Positions 34,178 to 52,625 of a stretch of 64,000 nucleotides of DNA are shown here, one piece after another. Source of the DNA: Eledone cirrhosa (Eukaryota); the NCBI GenBank assembly GCA_964016885.1, contig OZ024743.1, forward strand, positions 257,858,001 to 257,922,000, read 5' to 3'. Both the position numbers and the translations under genes were made by a program. The notes below the pieces were generated by a model. It ran no database searches and was not told the DNA's origin. It was given only the letters and a program-made list of their open reading frames with translations. Position 1 is the stretch's first letter, and the number at the start of each line of letters is the position of its first letter.

Positions 34178-35121
34178 ATAAATTTAGTCCTTCATCAGTG
34201 ATCTTCCAGCTTTCATTGGTATTTCATCGCTTTAAAGACCATATACCTCTCGTTGGTGTGAGCAATGGCTAAAGAAAGTTGTTGGCACACTTAAATAGGA
34301 GGAACGAGCGAGACAGTAAACAAACAAAGATGGTAATGCAATGAAAAGTGAGGAAGAAGGAGTTAAAAACCTGAAATCGATGAACATAAGTTCTGTCAAA
34401 TCGTAGACGAGATCGAATAAAGACCATCACACCTGGCCGAAATGTGAGTAAGGAAAGAATTTCGCACATGTAAAACGGGAGGAAGAAGGAGTCAAGACCC
34501 TGAAATCAATGAACATAAGTTCTGTGAAATCGTAGACGTGAGAGAATAAAGACCATCCGACCTGGTCCAAATGTGCGTGAGGAAAGAATCTCGCACAGGT
34601 CAAACGGGAGGAAGTAGGAGAGGGAGTAGCAGAGAGTGAGTGAGTGAAAGTGTGAGGAAGAAGCTAACAGAGAGAGTGACTGGTAGAGGGATTAAATGGA
34701 AGTGAGAGATATAGAGAAAAGGGGAAGAAGTAAGAAAGAAACAGATGGGTCACAAAGGAGGAAAATATATATGAAAAATATCAAAACATGGCGTGCTGCG
34801 TGGTTGCAAATGGGTTACATATGAATAAATTTAGTCCTTCGTCAGTGATCTTCTAGCCTTCATTGGTATTTCATCGCTTTAAAGACCATATACGTCTGGT
34901 TGATGCGAGCAATGGCTAAAGCAAGTCATTGGGACACGTAAATAGGGGGAACGAGCGAGACAGTAAACAAACAAAGATGGTAATGCAACGAAAAGTGTGG
35001 AAGAAGGAGTCAAGTCCCTGAAATCGATGAACATAAGTTCTGTGAAATCGTGGACGAGAGAGAATAAAGACCATCAAACCTGGTCGAAATGTGAGTAAGG
35101 AAAAAAATTTCGCACAGGTCA
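34178..35121 (-). repeat. Locally duplicated unclassified repeat (34178-34450, 34455-34610, 34826-35121)
   Basis: Recurrent GAAATCRATGAACATAAGTTCTGT..GAATAAAGACCATC..GAAAGAATTTCGCACA blocks. Confidence 0.7.
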
Positions 35122-35288
35122 CATATATATATATACATATACATATATATACATACATATATATATATATACACATATATATATATACATATATATATAT
35201 ATACACATATATATACACATATATATATATACATATATATATATACATATATATATATACATATATATATATACATATATATATATAC

Positions 35289-35319
<31 letters not shown>

Positions 35320-35400
35320 CATGCTTGGCACAAGCATAGTAGACCTATAAGAGGTAGACCTAGTAGACCTATAAGAGGTAGACCCCCCACCATAACCTCA

Positions 35401-36852
35401 ATGGCTAAAAAGACTCCCATAGGAAGGTGGATTGGGTGGACCAAAGCTATACGGACCCCCCAAAACACTGATCAGGTAAGAAAAATGGTCGCACATGCAA
35501 TAGGGGCTAGTATCAAAACTACCCTAAAGGGCCACATATTTAAGTTCAATGAGAAAATCTACACCCAAAATGAGGGAGCAGCCATCGGCGTCAGCATAGC
35601 TGGCGATGTTGCCAACCTTTTCATGGTATGGTGGGAAAGGAGACTTAAAGATCTCCTTAATGAAAGCTCCATAGACCTCATCATGTACTCTCGTTATGTA
35701 GACGATATCAATATAGTTATAAGAACACCCCCACTAGAGAGCACTAACAAGTTTGATTTAGAACGTAGCACGATGGAAAGCATCCAGCAGATAGCTAATT
35801 CCATACACCAGAGTATAACTGTAACTATAGACTTCCCTTCCAAACACCCTAACAATAGACTACCTGTATTAGACACAGAACTCTGGATCAACACTATAGA
35901 CGAGAGAGCCCAAATTCTCCACTCACACTATGCTAAACCCATGGCCTCCAAATACCTGATACTCAAAAACTCAGCAATGTCCAGTAGTGCTAAGTTTAAT
36001 ATTCTGATCGCAGATTTGGTACGAGTGATGAAGAATGTGTCCAGCATGTGCGACCCAACAGAAATGGAAGGACACATCCAACACTTCATCAACCGCATGC
36101 AGTTCTCTGGCTACAACCAAAGAGACAGAGTCAGAGTATACGAAGGAGCCATGGAAAAGTATAAGACCCTCATAGAACTGGACATGAAAGGAATTTGCCC
36201 ACTATACAGGAGCAAATCATGGAATAGCTTAGATAGGGCTAGACATAAGATAGGGAAGGCCACATCATGGTACGACAACCAGAGATATCAGAGTGTCATG
36301 TTTGTGGACGCCACCCCTGGAGGGAAATTAGCTAACCAGTGTAGAAAGGCCCTGAGAAAGACCCACTTAAAAATAAAGGTGGTAGAAAAGCCAGGAACCA
36401 CCATAAAATCCCTGATCAGCAAAACCTACCCTTTTAAGAAAACCCACTGTACCAATAGGAAATGTATCATATGTAAGGTGAACCCCCGGATAAACTGTAA
36501 AACTAGAAACGTAGTCTATAGCATAAGATGTACAGAGGGTACTTGCAGAAACACGACAACAACATACATAGGTGAGACAGCTCGTAGCATAGGTGAAAGG
36601 ATAGACCAACACTGGGGGGAACTAAAAGGACGAAAAAACGGGTCAGTACTATACGAACATGCTAGACAACATCATGACGGTAACATAGACAACATAGAAA
36701 TTAGAATAATATCTAAACATAGGAATGACCCAGCAGATAGGCAAATCAGAGAGGCCAGTGAAATAGAAATTAGAAGACCAAAGCTAAACAGAAAGAATGA
36801 GTGGAACAACAACAACACCCAAACAAACAACACTGACCTAAGAGAAGTATAA
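35401..36852 (+). CDS. PLE RT (C-terminal half) + GIY-YIG endonuclease; uninterrupted but N-truncated
   Basis: [64 protein letters not shown]. Confidence 0.85.
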   Translation: MAKKTPIGRWIGWTKAIRTPQNTDQVRKMVAHAIGASIKTTLKGHIFKFNEKIYTQNEGAAIGVSIAGDVANLFMVWWERRLKDLLNESSIDLIMYSRYVDDINIVIRTPPLESTNKFDLERSTMESIQQIANSIHQSITVTIDFPSKHPNNRLPVLDTELWINTIDERAQILHSHYAKPMASKYLILKNSAMSSSAKFNILIADLVRVMKNVSSMCDPTEMEGHIQHFINRMQFSGYNQRDRVRVYEGAMEKYKTLIELDMKGICPLYRSKSWNSLDRARHKIGKATSWYDNQRYQSVMFVDATPGGKLANQCRKALRKTHLKIKVVEKPGTTIKSLISKTYPFKKTHCTNRKCIICKVNPRINCKTRNVVYSIRCTEGTCRNTTTTYIGETARSIGERIDQHWGELKGRKNGSVLYEHARQHHDGNIDNIEIRIISKHRNDPADRQIREASEIEIRRPKLNRKNEWNNNNTQTNNTDLREV

Positions 36853-37120
36853 ATAAATAAGTAAATTAAATTAAATAAAATAAGATAAATAAATACATAC
36901 ACAAGCACATAAACACACACTAGTCACCCAGCAGACACAACACTATACACACTAGTCACACATCACACATAACACTATACACACACGCAAACGCATGCGC
37001 AAAGAAGACAAAATAAAATAAGATAAACAAACAAGCAAATAAATAAATAAATATATAGACAGACTGAACAAAAAAAAATGGCGTAGACATACAACACAAC
37101 AGGAGGAACAATGAATATAA

Positions 37121-37162
37121 CACCACTGACGATGTTGCAGATGTGCAACGAAAGATTTATGT
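37121..37162 (+). ncRNA. Probable hammerhead (weak stem I)
   Basis: CA-CTGACGA-T-GTTGCA GATG TGCAAC-GAAA-GATT-TA-TG, at the position equivalent to the HHR of the related PLE. Confidence 0.55.
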
Positions 37163-37372
37163 AAACTATATATATATGTGTTTGTCTATATTGTATCTGT
37201 ATTATTTTTGACCGCCGGTCAGTCAATGGCAACATTGAGGACCGAGTAAGTTAGATCGCAGATATATGTATATAAAAGACAGCGAGAAGCGAAAACCAAC
37301 CAAACAGTGAGTGTGTTCTGTTATTAATTCTGGCAATATTACGCAAATATGACCCTCCCCAAATATAACAAT

Positions 37373-38006
<634 letters not shown>

Positions 38007-38007
38007 A

Positions 38008-40952
38008 AACTACTGGGTGGGAAATGACAACGGGCTGGGTGGAGTAGGAATCATGGTAGCAGAAGAGTGGGCAGATAAGATAATAGGCGTAAATAGAGTG
38101 AACGACAGAATAATTAAAGACTTGTCCTCAATAGAACTACTGTGACAATAATATCTGCATATGCACCACAATCCGGACTGTCTGGCGTTATAAAAGACAG
38201 ATTCTATGAGACGTTAATGCTCACTACCTCCCAAATAACCGACAGTGACTACATAGTTATCTCTGGCGACCTAAATGGTCACGTTGGACAACATTGTGAC
38301 GGCTATGACGGAATCCATGGAGGCTATGGGTTTGGTACTAGAAATGAGGAAGGCGCCAGAATCCTGGAATTCTGTGACGCAAATAACCTAACTATCTGTA
38401 ACACTAACTTAAAAAAACGAGACAATCACTTGATCACCTACAGATCAGGGGAACACACCAGCCAGGTAGATTATATCCATACCAGAAGACGTGACAGAGT
38501 GTCTGTTGTAAACACTAAATCCCTCCCCCATGAAGAATGCACCTCTCAACATAGACTGATAATTAGCGACCTCATAGTCAGGACGAGACGTACTCGACAA
38601 CAGAAGAGGACTATCCTCAGGAGAAAAATATGGAAGCTAAAGGACCCCACAGCCAGAAATAAATTTCAAAGCATATTACTTGATGCTTTTGATAGTAAGG
38701 AAGAGCAATTAGAGTCGTACAATATAGAGGAACAGTGGGAATTCCTGAAAGCTAACCTGCTGAAGGCGACAGATGAAATCTGTGGCTGGAGCACCCCTAT
38801 AGTCAGGAGGAGAGTAACTTGGTGGTGGAACAGTAAGGCCAAAAGCAGGCTTGGAAAGCATGGCGAGATGGGGGAAGTAGAGAAACTATCAAGTGGCCAG
38901 GAGGGAAGCTAGGAGACAAGTGTACTTCGCAAGAAGGGAAGCAGAGGAAAGAAAGTGCAAGCATGTTCTACAACACGAGGACCAAAAACGTGAGGTGTTC
39001 AGGATTGCTAGGCAATGTGTCAAGGAAAACCGTGATATTGTCGGGGAGAAGTGTGTCCTTAATGATGATGATGGTGTACTTGCCATCACTGGCGCTGATA
39101 AGAAGGTAGCTTGGAAGTGTCAGTACGAAAGGCTACTAAATGAGGAGAATAATTGGGAAAAAGACAGTCTCCACCACATCATTCCAATAGAGTGACCAGC
39201 AGTGCAAGTTGAAGGTAGTATAATAAGTAAGGTGATCAAAGACATGAAGACAGGTTATGAAGGTCACAGAAAAACTAATAACGCAACTAATCAGAGAGAG
39301 AATTGATCTAGATGAAATGCAGTTTGGGTTTGTGTCAGGTAAAAGTACAACAGACGCTCTTTTCACTGTACAACAACTACAGGAGAAGTACCTAGCTAAA
39401 AGTAAACCCCTATACTTAGCTTTTGTTGACTTGGAGAAAGCCTTTGACAGAGTACCCCGTTCCATTATCTGGTGGGCGCTTAGAAGACTAGGTGTGGATG
39501 AATGGCTTGTGAGTGCTATACAAGCGATGTATAAAGAAACAGTCAGCAAGGTTAGAATTAACAACGAATATAGTAAAGAGTTTAGCGTAAAAGTTGGTGT
39601 TCATCAGGGCTCCGTCCTTAGTGCCCTACTATTTGTTATTGCCCTTCAGGCTATAACAGAGGAGTTCAAGACCAGCTGCCCATGGGAACTCATATATGCA
39701 GATGATCTAACGCTCATGGCTGAATCAATGGCCGAACTAGAGAAGAAATTCCAAACATGGAAGCATGGCCTAGAATCAAAAGGCCTTAAAATTAACCTGT
39801 CTAAGACTGAAGTTCTAGTTTGTAGGAAGGAAAATAGGGCACTGGTCCCATCTGGGAAATCGCCATGCTCAGTGTGTAGGAAAGGAGTAGGCAGAAACTC
39901 CATTTTATGTCCCAAATGCAAAGTATGGATGCATAAAAGATGTAGTGGGATCACAGGTAAGCTAAGAATATAGATTTTATATGTGGCCGGTGCTCAGCTG
40001 CAATAAGTAGCAGCAAGTTGCCACAGAATACTAGCTCATTCCATTGCACAGATGGTTCTATAGAAATAGTGGACACCTTCCGTTACCTGGGTGACAAAAT
40101 CAGCAGTCAGTGGTGGAGGGTGCTCTGAAAGAATAGTAGCTAGAGTAAAGAAAGGGATGGAAATAGTTCAGAGAGCTTATACCACTATTGGCTGCTAAAG
40201 AGTTCCCTCTAAAAATGAAAGGCAGGCTGCATGATGCCTGCATACGAACAACAATGTTACATGGCAGTGAGACTTGGGCATTGTGTGCAGAGGATATACG
40301 CAGACTGGAGAGGAACAAAGGTTGCATGCTCCGTTGGATGTGTAATAGTAATACACGTGAATGGAAAAGCATAAATGAACTAAGGCAGAAATTAGGAATA
40401 AGAGGAATCAGATGTTGTTTATTCGAGAGAAGACTACATTGGTATGGTCACGTGATGCGCATGAAAGACGACAACTGTATAAAAAAGTGCAGGGCGATAA
40501 AAATAGACGGTAGCCACGTAGTTGGCAGACCCAGAAAAACAATACAGAAGACACAACTTGCCTAAGTACAAAGCGAAACCTACAGTCAGTAGTCACCCCT
40601 AACAAAAATACACGCCCGTCCCACCACCCCCACCCAATCTACATCACCCCTTCGACGTAAAGTTATGTTGGTACCACAACATACAGTCCGAAATAAATGA
40701 GGTCGTGTAGCTGTCACGACGAAAAAAAACACACAGTCCACACTGTAATGTGGCCGTGTAGGTAACACGGTAAAAACCTCCCAGTCCACACTGTAAACAT
40801 GTTTGGTGTTAGGAAAGGCATCCAGCCATAGAAAACCCGCCAGACAGTCCTAAACGAGCAAGACAACCAATCTTGCCTCAAGTGGGAAAATTCCTGTCCG
40901 AACCCATGCAAGCGTGGAAGATGGACGTAAAACGATGATGATGATGATGATG
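38008..40952 (+). mobile_element. RTE-like LINE with APE endonuclease + RT, frameshifted and internally deleted
   Basis: APE motifs GVGI, SAYAPQ, GDLNGHVG, SQVDYI, SQHRL; RT motifs QFGF, DLEKAFD, IYADD; GGACGTAAAAC(GAT)n tail. Confidence 0.93.
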
Positions 40953-40976
40953 ATACATATATATATATATATATTT

Positions 40977-41545
40977 CGTTTCTGAATTTGTTTAGCAAGA
41001 TTCTTTATCTGAAATCGTGTGTTGAAACCGATATTGTTATACTTTGTGTTCATTTATCTATTTGTTTATTTATTTACATGTTATTGGTTGGTTGTTTGTT
41101 CTATGTGTGTGTGTGTTTTCATTTTGTCCTTAATTGTAAGTTGTGATGTTGCTGTTCCACTCATATTTAATTTTGGTTTCAACATGTAAATAAATAAACA
41201 AATAGATAAATGAACACAAACACACACAGACACCCGGATGTGGCGCATGCGCAAACTGAGCACACAACACACACACAGAAACAAAATGGCGTAGGACAGA
41301 AGAAAGGAAAGGCACAGAAACAAAGAAAGGAATCCCCAGTCACTGAAGAGGTCACAGAGTGTGACGAAAGGACTATGACTATATATATAAACAACTATCT
41401 GGTTGTGGAACCAACCAACCAACCAGAAATTTATAGATTTGTAGATTTGTAAATTTATAAATTTATAAATATATAATAAATTGAAGTGAAAGCATCTGGT
41501 GCGTGTGTTTCTTATTGGCAACATGACCCTCCCAAAGTATAACAA
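40977..41545. mobile_element. Inverted pair of PLE terminal-repeat fragments (30066 family)
   Basis: 40977-41180 is parallel to parts of 30066-30580; 41180-41545 is the reverse complement of 30120-30475. Confidence 0.88.
41338..41380 (+). ncRNA. Hammerhead ribozyme in PLE terminal repeat
   Basis: AGTCA-CTGAAGA-GGTCAC AGAGT GTGAC-GAAA-GGAC-TA-TGACT, with a CUA triplet. Confidence 0.83.
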
Positions 41546-41579
41546 TATATATATATACATATACATATATACATATATA

Positions 41580-41956
41580 TTATTCTTTTACTCTTTTACC
41601 TGATCCAGCTATCCGGCTGAGGCCATGCTGGGGCACCGCGCTTGTTGCTACACACTTTATCTCCACCAGCCTGTAGTGGTTGGCCACTGGTGTAAGAGGG
41701 AGTTTGTTGCTGCTGCCCTTAGCTTTCCCTGATGCTTTGCTCTGGGCTCATCCGGGATAGCAAGGTGTCAAAATGTTTCTTGAAGACATCCAGCTCCACA
41801 CCATGCAAACCTCTTAGATCCCTCGGCAGCTTGTTGAAGAGTTGAGGGACCTTGAATCCCAGGCTATTGCAATACCTGCTCCTTATGCTAGATGTGGAAG
41901 ACGGCACCTTTGGCACCACACAGTGAGTTCCTGTTCGACGGTTGATCCAGCTCCCA

Positions 41957-41957
<1 letters not shown>
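41580..41957 (-). mobile_element. CR1/L2-group LINE 3' fragment
   Basis: [43 protein letters not shown]-like C-terminus and a (TAAAAGAG)-type tail. Confidence 0.65.
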
Positions 41958-41997
<40 letters not shown>

Positions 41998-42004
41998 CAT
42001 ATAC

Positions 42005-42039
<35 letters not shown>

Positions 42040-42154
42040 CATATATATATACATATACATATATATATACATATACATATATATATACATATATATATAC
42101 ATATACATATATATATACATATACATATATATATACATATACATATACATATAC

Positions 42155-42187
<33 letters not shown>

Positions 42188-42230
42188 CATATATATATAT
42201 ACATATATATATATATACATATACATATAC

Positions 42231-42261
<31 letters not shown>

Positions 42262-42264
42262 CAT

Positions 42265-42303
<39 letters not shown>

Positions 42304-42376
42304 AATATATATATGCATATATATATATATAAATATATATATATATAAATATATATATATACATATATATATATAC

Positions 42377-42411
<35 letters not shown>

Positions 42412-42502
42412 CATATATATATACATATACATATATATATACATATATATATACATATACATATATATATACATATACATATATATATACATATACATAT
42501 AC

Positions 42503-42585
<83 letters not shown>

Positions 42586-42602
42586 CATATACATATATAC
42601 AT

Positions 42603-42641
<39 letters not shown>

Positions 42642-42779
42642 AATATATATATGCATTTATATATATATAAATATATATATATACATATATATATATATAC
42701 ATATATATATACATATATATATATACATATATATGTATATATATATATTTATATATATATATATGTATATATGTATATT

Positions 42780-42810
<31 letters not shown>

Positions 42811-42821
42811 GTATATATATG
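41958..42821. repeat. (TA)n microsatellite
   Basis: Read directly. Confidence 0.95.
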
Positions 42822-43277
42822 TAAAGTTATATTTAAAATTGTTGGGTTACAACTAGTAAATATTTATAACTGATATAAAAGCACTGGACAAATATTTGGA
42901 GCATATTTACAATATTAAATAAATGGAAAACTATATTTATAAAACCATATCTATTTCATTATATATATTTCGGGGATATCATATTAACAATATGCTATGC
43001 CTTCATCAGACAAAATACAATATAAACAGTTTTATAGATAAATATATTCGACATACCGTAATAAACATCAACTTCATTTGAAGAGGTTTGCTAGCGTAAA
43101 CCTCTTCAAATGAAGTTGATGTTTATTACGGTATGTCGAATATATTTATCTATAAAACTGTTTATATTGTATTTTGTCTGATGAAGGCATAGCATATTGT
43201 TAATATGATATCCCCGAAATATATATAATGAAATAGATATGGTTTTATAAATATAGTTTTCCATTTATTTAATATTG
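42822..43277. mobile_element. Fold-back PLE terminal repeat with two hammerheads (42952-43017 minus; 43170-43235 plus)
   Basis: Near-perfect ~180-bp inverted arms centred at ~43093. Confidence 0.88.
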
Positions 43278-43425
43278 TATATGTATATATATATATTTAT
43301 ATATATATATATGTATATATGTATATGTATATATGTATATGTATATATGTATATGAATATATATTTATGTATATGTATATATATATGTATATATGTATAT
43401 GTATATATATATGTATATATGTATA

Positions 43426-43532
<107 letters not shown>

Positions 43533-43604
43533 GTATATGTATATATATATGTATATATATATATATGTATATGTATATATATATATGTATATGTATATAT
43601 ATAT

Positions 43605-44193
<589 letters not shown>

Positions 44194-44206
44194 TATATAC
44201 ATATAT

Positions 44207-44546
44207 GGAGGCACATGGCTTAATGGTTAGAGCATTGACCTTGCAATCGAAAGGTTTTGAGTTCAATTCTCAGCCTGGGTGATGTGTTGTTTCCTTGAGC
44301 AAGACACTTTATTTAACATTGTTCCAGTTTACTCAACTGTAGAAATGAGATGATAGGGACTGGGACCCATATCATTCCACTGCAAAGTGGTCGTGCAGGT
44401 GCCATGGTAAAAAAGCACCCAGAACTCACTGTAAATGAGGTTGGTTTTAGGAAGGGCATCCAGCTGCAGAAATCGAGCCAGAATCAGTTCCCACCCCACC
44501 CTTGCAGGCAGGGAAAAGCGGACGTAAAAATGATGATGATGATGAT
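44207..44546 (+). mobile_element. tRNA-derived SINE with CORE-like domain and RTE-type 3' tail
   Basis: A-box TGGCTTAATGG, B-box GAGTTCAATTC, CCTTGAGCAAGACACTTTA and tail CCCTTGCAGGCAGGGAAAAGCGGACGTAAAA(ATG)n. Confidence 0.87.
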
Positions 44547-44569
44547 AATATATATATATATATATACAT

Positions 44570-45121
44570 ATGTATATATAGTGTATTTTGCAATACAGTG
44601 TATGCTTAATTAAAAGCATTTCGAAGACCTTATGCTATTGTTTTAGAGTAGTGATAGTCTCACTTACTTTAATTTTCAGCAAACAGGGGAGATAAAGCCG
44701 ACAGAGCACTGTTTCGCATTTGTTGATGCTTATCAAGGCTAACTACTCCTCCTGTTTGCCGAAAATCATGGATGTTTGATTCTTATAGTATTCTAGTAAA
44801 TAATCAGGAACTGATTATACAGAGCGGTTGCCGGTGAAGCAGAAATTGAAAATTAGAATTGGTGCTCTGAAATAGCTTTTTATATATGAATGTATATATA
44901 GTGTATTTTGCAATACACAGTATGCTTAATTAAAAGCATTTCGAAGACCTTATGCCATTGTTTTAGAGTAGTGATAGTCTCACTTACTTTAATTTTCAGC
45001 AAACAGGAGAGATAAAGCAGACATAACCCTGTTTCGCATTTGTTGATGCATATCATTGCAAAATACACTATATATACATTCATATATATATATATAGCTA
45101 TTTCAGAGCACCAATTCTAAT
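44570..45121. repeat. Duplicated/inverted unclassified repeat
   Basis: 44570-44730 matches 44890-45050. Short inverted copies lie at 45055-45085 and 45095-45121. Confidence 0.7.
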
Positions 45122-45269
45122 ATATACATATACATATACACATATATATACACATATATATATATACATAAAATACAATATGTTGAAAAGGTAACACACT
45201 AGAGATATACAGTGCGCGTTTTAACATTTTCTTCTCCTTTGAGCACATTATTTACAGGGAATGGCGATG

Positions 45270-47112
<1,843 letters not shown>

Positions 47113-49190
47113 CTTCCAGAAACCTGCCAATCACCTAATAACCTACAAATCTAGTGAGCACATAAGCCAGATTGACTTCCTGCTAGTTAGGCAGCGGGAC
47201 AGCCAGATAGTGTCTAATACCAAGGCATACCCTGGGGAAGAATGTACCCCACAGCATAGGTTAGTTGTTAGTGATATCTCAGGAAGCAAGAGATGGAATG
47301 AGACATATAGGAAGGTGTGGAGAAGAAAGGTCTGGAAGCTAAAAGACCTTTCACCAAAATTCAAATTTAGGAAAGCCCTTCAAGATGTATATGACGAAAA
47401 AGAAGACGATTTAGAGACGTATGACATAGATAATAACTGGAAGTTCTTACGTGACAACTTGCTGCAGGCTACTGATGAAACCTGTGGCTGGAGCAGAGCT
47501 CCAACCAGACAGAGAGTGACCTGGTGGTGGAACAGCACAGTAGATAAGGCTATTAGAGACAAAAGACTAGCATGGAAGGCTTGGAAAAAGGGTGGGAGTA
47601 GGGAAGAATATACAGCCACTAAGAGAGAAGCTAGACGTCAGGTGTACTTAGCACGCAGGGAGGCAGAGAGTAGGAGGTTTGCCAATGTTCTGCGACGGGA
47701 AGATCAGAGGCGTGCAGTGTTCCACATTGCAAGGCAGTGTGTCAATGCAAATCAGGATGTTGTTGGTGATAAATGTGTCCGGGATGATGCCGGTGTACTT
47801 AGTATCACGAATGACCAGAAAAAGGAGGCCTGGAAATGTCATTATGAGAGACTGATGAATGTGGAGAACGAATGGGAGAGAGAGAAATTACCCTTGGTAG
47901 ATCCGACAGAGGGACCAGCTATTGAGATTGACGAATATAGGGTCCAAGAGGCGATTAGGGAAATGAAAAATGGTAAGGCGGCCGGACCATCGGGAATAGT
48001 TGCTGAGATGCTGAAGGCATCAGGGGACGTAGGCACTAAACTGGTTGCACGCATCATCAATCAGGCTATATATGGTGGTGTCATACCCAAAGACTGGTGC
48101 AGCAGTATTCTCATAAATTGCTACAGAGTTAAAGGGGATGCTTTGGAGAGGGAGCAATTATAGGGGTATAAAACTGATAGATCAGGTTATGAAAGTGGCA
48201 GAAAGGATTTTAGCACAACTAATTAGAGAAAGGGTCAAACTAGATGAGATGCCAGTTTGGTTTTGTGCCTGGGAAGAGTACAACAGATGCCCTCTTCTTG
48301 GTGAGACAAATGCAAGAGAGGTTCTTAGAGAAGAATAAGCCACTATACTTAGCCTTTGTTGACCTAGAGAAGGCCTTTGATAGGGTACCCCGATCTATAA
48401 AATGCACACAATGCAGATCCTGGGTACAGAAGAGATGTAGCGGGATAGCAGGCAAACTAACAGGTAGGGAGAAATATGTATGCAGTAGATGTACAGGGAA
48501 ATTAGACAGTAGAAGTCGCACTGATAGACACATTTTTCAAATGGAGAAGGCGCTATAGAAGTGGTGGATAGCTTCCGGTACCTGGGAGATCAGATTAGCA
48601 TGGGAGGAGGGTGTTCCGAGGCCATAGTATCTAGAATAAGGACGGGTTGGAAGAAGTTTAGGGAGCTGCTTCCTCTGTTGACGAAGAAGGGTTTCTCCCT
48701 GCGTACGAAAGGCCGGTTGTATGATGCCTGTGTGAGGAGCGCGATGCTGCATGGTAGTGAGACATGGGCAGCAACCGCAGAGGATATGCGACGGCTGGAG
48801 AGAAATGAGGCAAGCATGCTCCGTTGGATGTGCAGTGTAAATGTGCGTGAACGACCCAGCATAAATGTGTTGAGAGAGAAACTGTGTCTGAGAGGGATAG
48901 AATGTAGTGTACGGGAGAGGAGACTGAGGTGGTATGGACATGTGATGCGCATGGAGGATGACCGATGGGTGAAGAAGTGCCAGGAAATGCCAGTTGAAGG
49001 AAAACGTGGTAGAGGTAGACCACGAAAAACATGGGCGGAGGTGGTGAGAACAGACCTCAGATCATTGAAGCTCACGGTGGAGATGACGAGGGACCGTGAC
49101 GAGTGGAGAGATGCTGTGCTGAATAAGACCCGTCCCACCCTTGCAAGCAGGGAAAAGCGGACGTAAAATGATGATGATGATGATGATGAT
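47113..49190 (+). mobile_element. RTE-like LINE, 5'-truncated, RT core internally deleted
   Basis: [32 protein letters not shown] joined directly to CTQCRSWVQKRC, then HGSETW and GRGRPRKTW; (GAT)n tail. Confidence 0.92.
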
Positions 49191-49738
<548 letters not shown>

Positions 49739-49865
49739 TTAGGGTAAACATTGATGCAATTCAATTCAAGCACTCAACGTACTTTTTCCACATAGGAGTG
49801 ACGGAGTAAATATCTAATAAGGAAAAGTGAAGTAGTTTCAGATGTTCAAGTATTTTAATAATAAT

Positions 49866-49939
49866 GCTGTGATATATATTTCAGTGACGACACTGGCCAC
49901 ACTGTTCTGTGTGCGAGTGTCGTGTCATCATCAGACAGC
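49866..49939 (-). ncRNA. Type I hammerhead ribozyme with long stem II
   Basis: Reverse complement reads GCTGT-CTGATGA-TGACACGACACT..AGTGTCGTCACT-GAAA-TATATA-TC-ACAGC. Palindromic ATATATAT stem III, AUC triplet. Confidence 0.8.
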
Positions 49940-50774
49940 TTGTTACATAATAAGGTTATGTTTCCGAGGCAATCCAAATTGGATCGACAAGGGAACGGAT
50001 GAATTGCGTGTTCTTGGGTTTTTCATCCGCTCACTTGTGAGTACCAATTCACCCCCACCGGCCTGCGCAAGCGCATGTCCGAAGGAAGTTGACCATTCGC
50101 CACCGCAGACTTCAACCAAATTTGCTTAGTCAGTTCACCCTGTCATCCAAAACAATGGCCCACCAATGCCTGTACCATATTTTACTGCTACCCATCACGG
50201 CTGTGGCAGTCAGCCGAGAGCCAGAGGGGATGGGAGAGTGTTAGTTTTTACAGGTCATAATACTACCCCTCACTAAGCGTTGACGGTACGACTGAGCATC
50301 ACCTTATTAGGGAAAATAAACTTATTCTAGGTATCATGGTTTTACGTTGGAAGTTAGGAGGGAGAGTTTGAAATAAAAATTAAAATCCTAAATCAAATAT
50401 CAGAAATTATAAATTAAACAATTAAGAAATTAACAATTAGAAATTAAAGAATTAAAAAATGAATTTAAAAAAATAGAATTTTAAAAAATGAATCTAAAAA
50501 TATAGACTGAAGTGAGTAAATAATATGGAGAGAGGTGTTTAAGTAATATGTTCTGAGAGGGAATCTAGTGTCACAGTTACTCTATCCACATATTGAACGA
50601 CGGTGTCGTACATTATAACTACAGGGCTCCGGGCATTAGTGAATCTGGTACACAGTCCTAATTTCCATCACATGGAATAAAATCAAAGAAAAACAGACAT
50701 AAAGTACACAAAAGAGAAGAACAGAACCAACAGTGAATAAATGCATCTGAAACTACTTCGCTTTTCCTTATTCT

Positions 50775-52223
<1,449 letters not shown>

Positions 52224-52625
52224 TAAACGGAATAGAAAATGCTGACAAATTGTTCACAGTTGAAAAATGGTTTAATTAGGAATAAAAGAGTATTAGTGAT
52301 TGTATGGGTTAGTATTCAGTTGTGGTTTTAAGTTTTTAAGTTTTTACCGGTTGCGCATTTCTAAATGCTTTTCAAAAATAATTTTGAGATAGAGTGTCCG
52401 TGCTGTTTGCTCTGATCTGATTAGTTTTGGGAATTCTACCTGTTTTTATGTTAAAAAAATGGCTCCAGCGTTATTTTTGTGTTGTAAAAATGCTTGTGGT
52501 CAAAACAATTTTGATTGGTCGGTAGAGGTCATGTGAATGTAAAAAGTTGATTTTGCGCCAAGACTGTTTTTATGTTAAAATGTTAGAAAAGTGGCTCCAG
52601 CAAAGATTATGGTCAAAACAATTTT

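Larger units (their letters stand above)
35323..37372 (+). mobile_element. 5'-truncated Penelope-like element related to 30066-33535
   Basis: Open RT-EN frame plus a 3' repeat ending TGACCCTCCCCAAATATAACAA(TA)n. Confidence 0.92.

Noticed and set aside
34185-34205. CTGATGA/CTGACGA on the minus strand (also ~34835)
   Set aside because: I found no matching stem II-GAAA-NUH half.
44207-44280. tRNA gene
   Set aside because: A/B boxes are present, but the sequence continues into a SINE body and RTE tail, so it is a SINE head.
52547-52625. N-terminal residues of the 685-aa ORF
   Set aside because: They derive from the inverted terminal repeat fused in frame by chance; the element is 5'-truncated.
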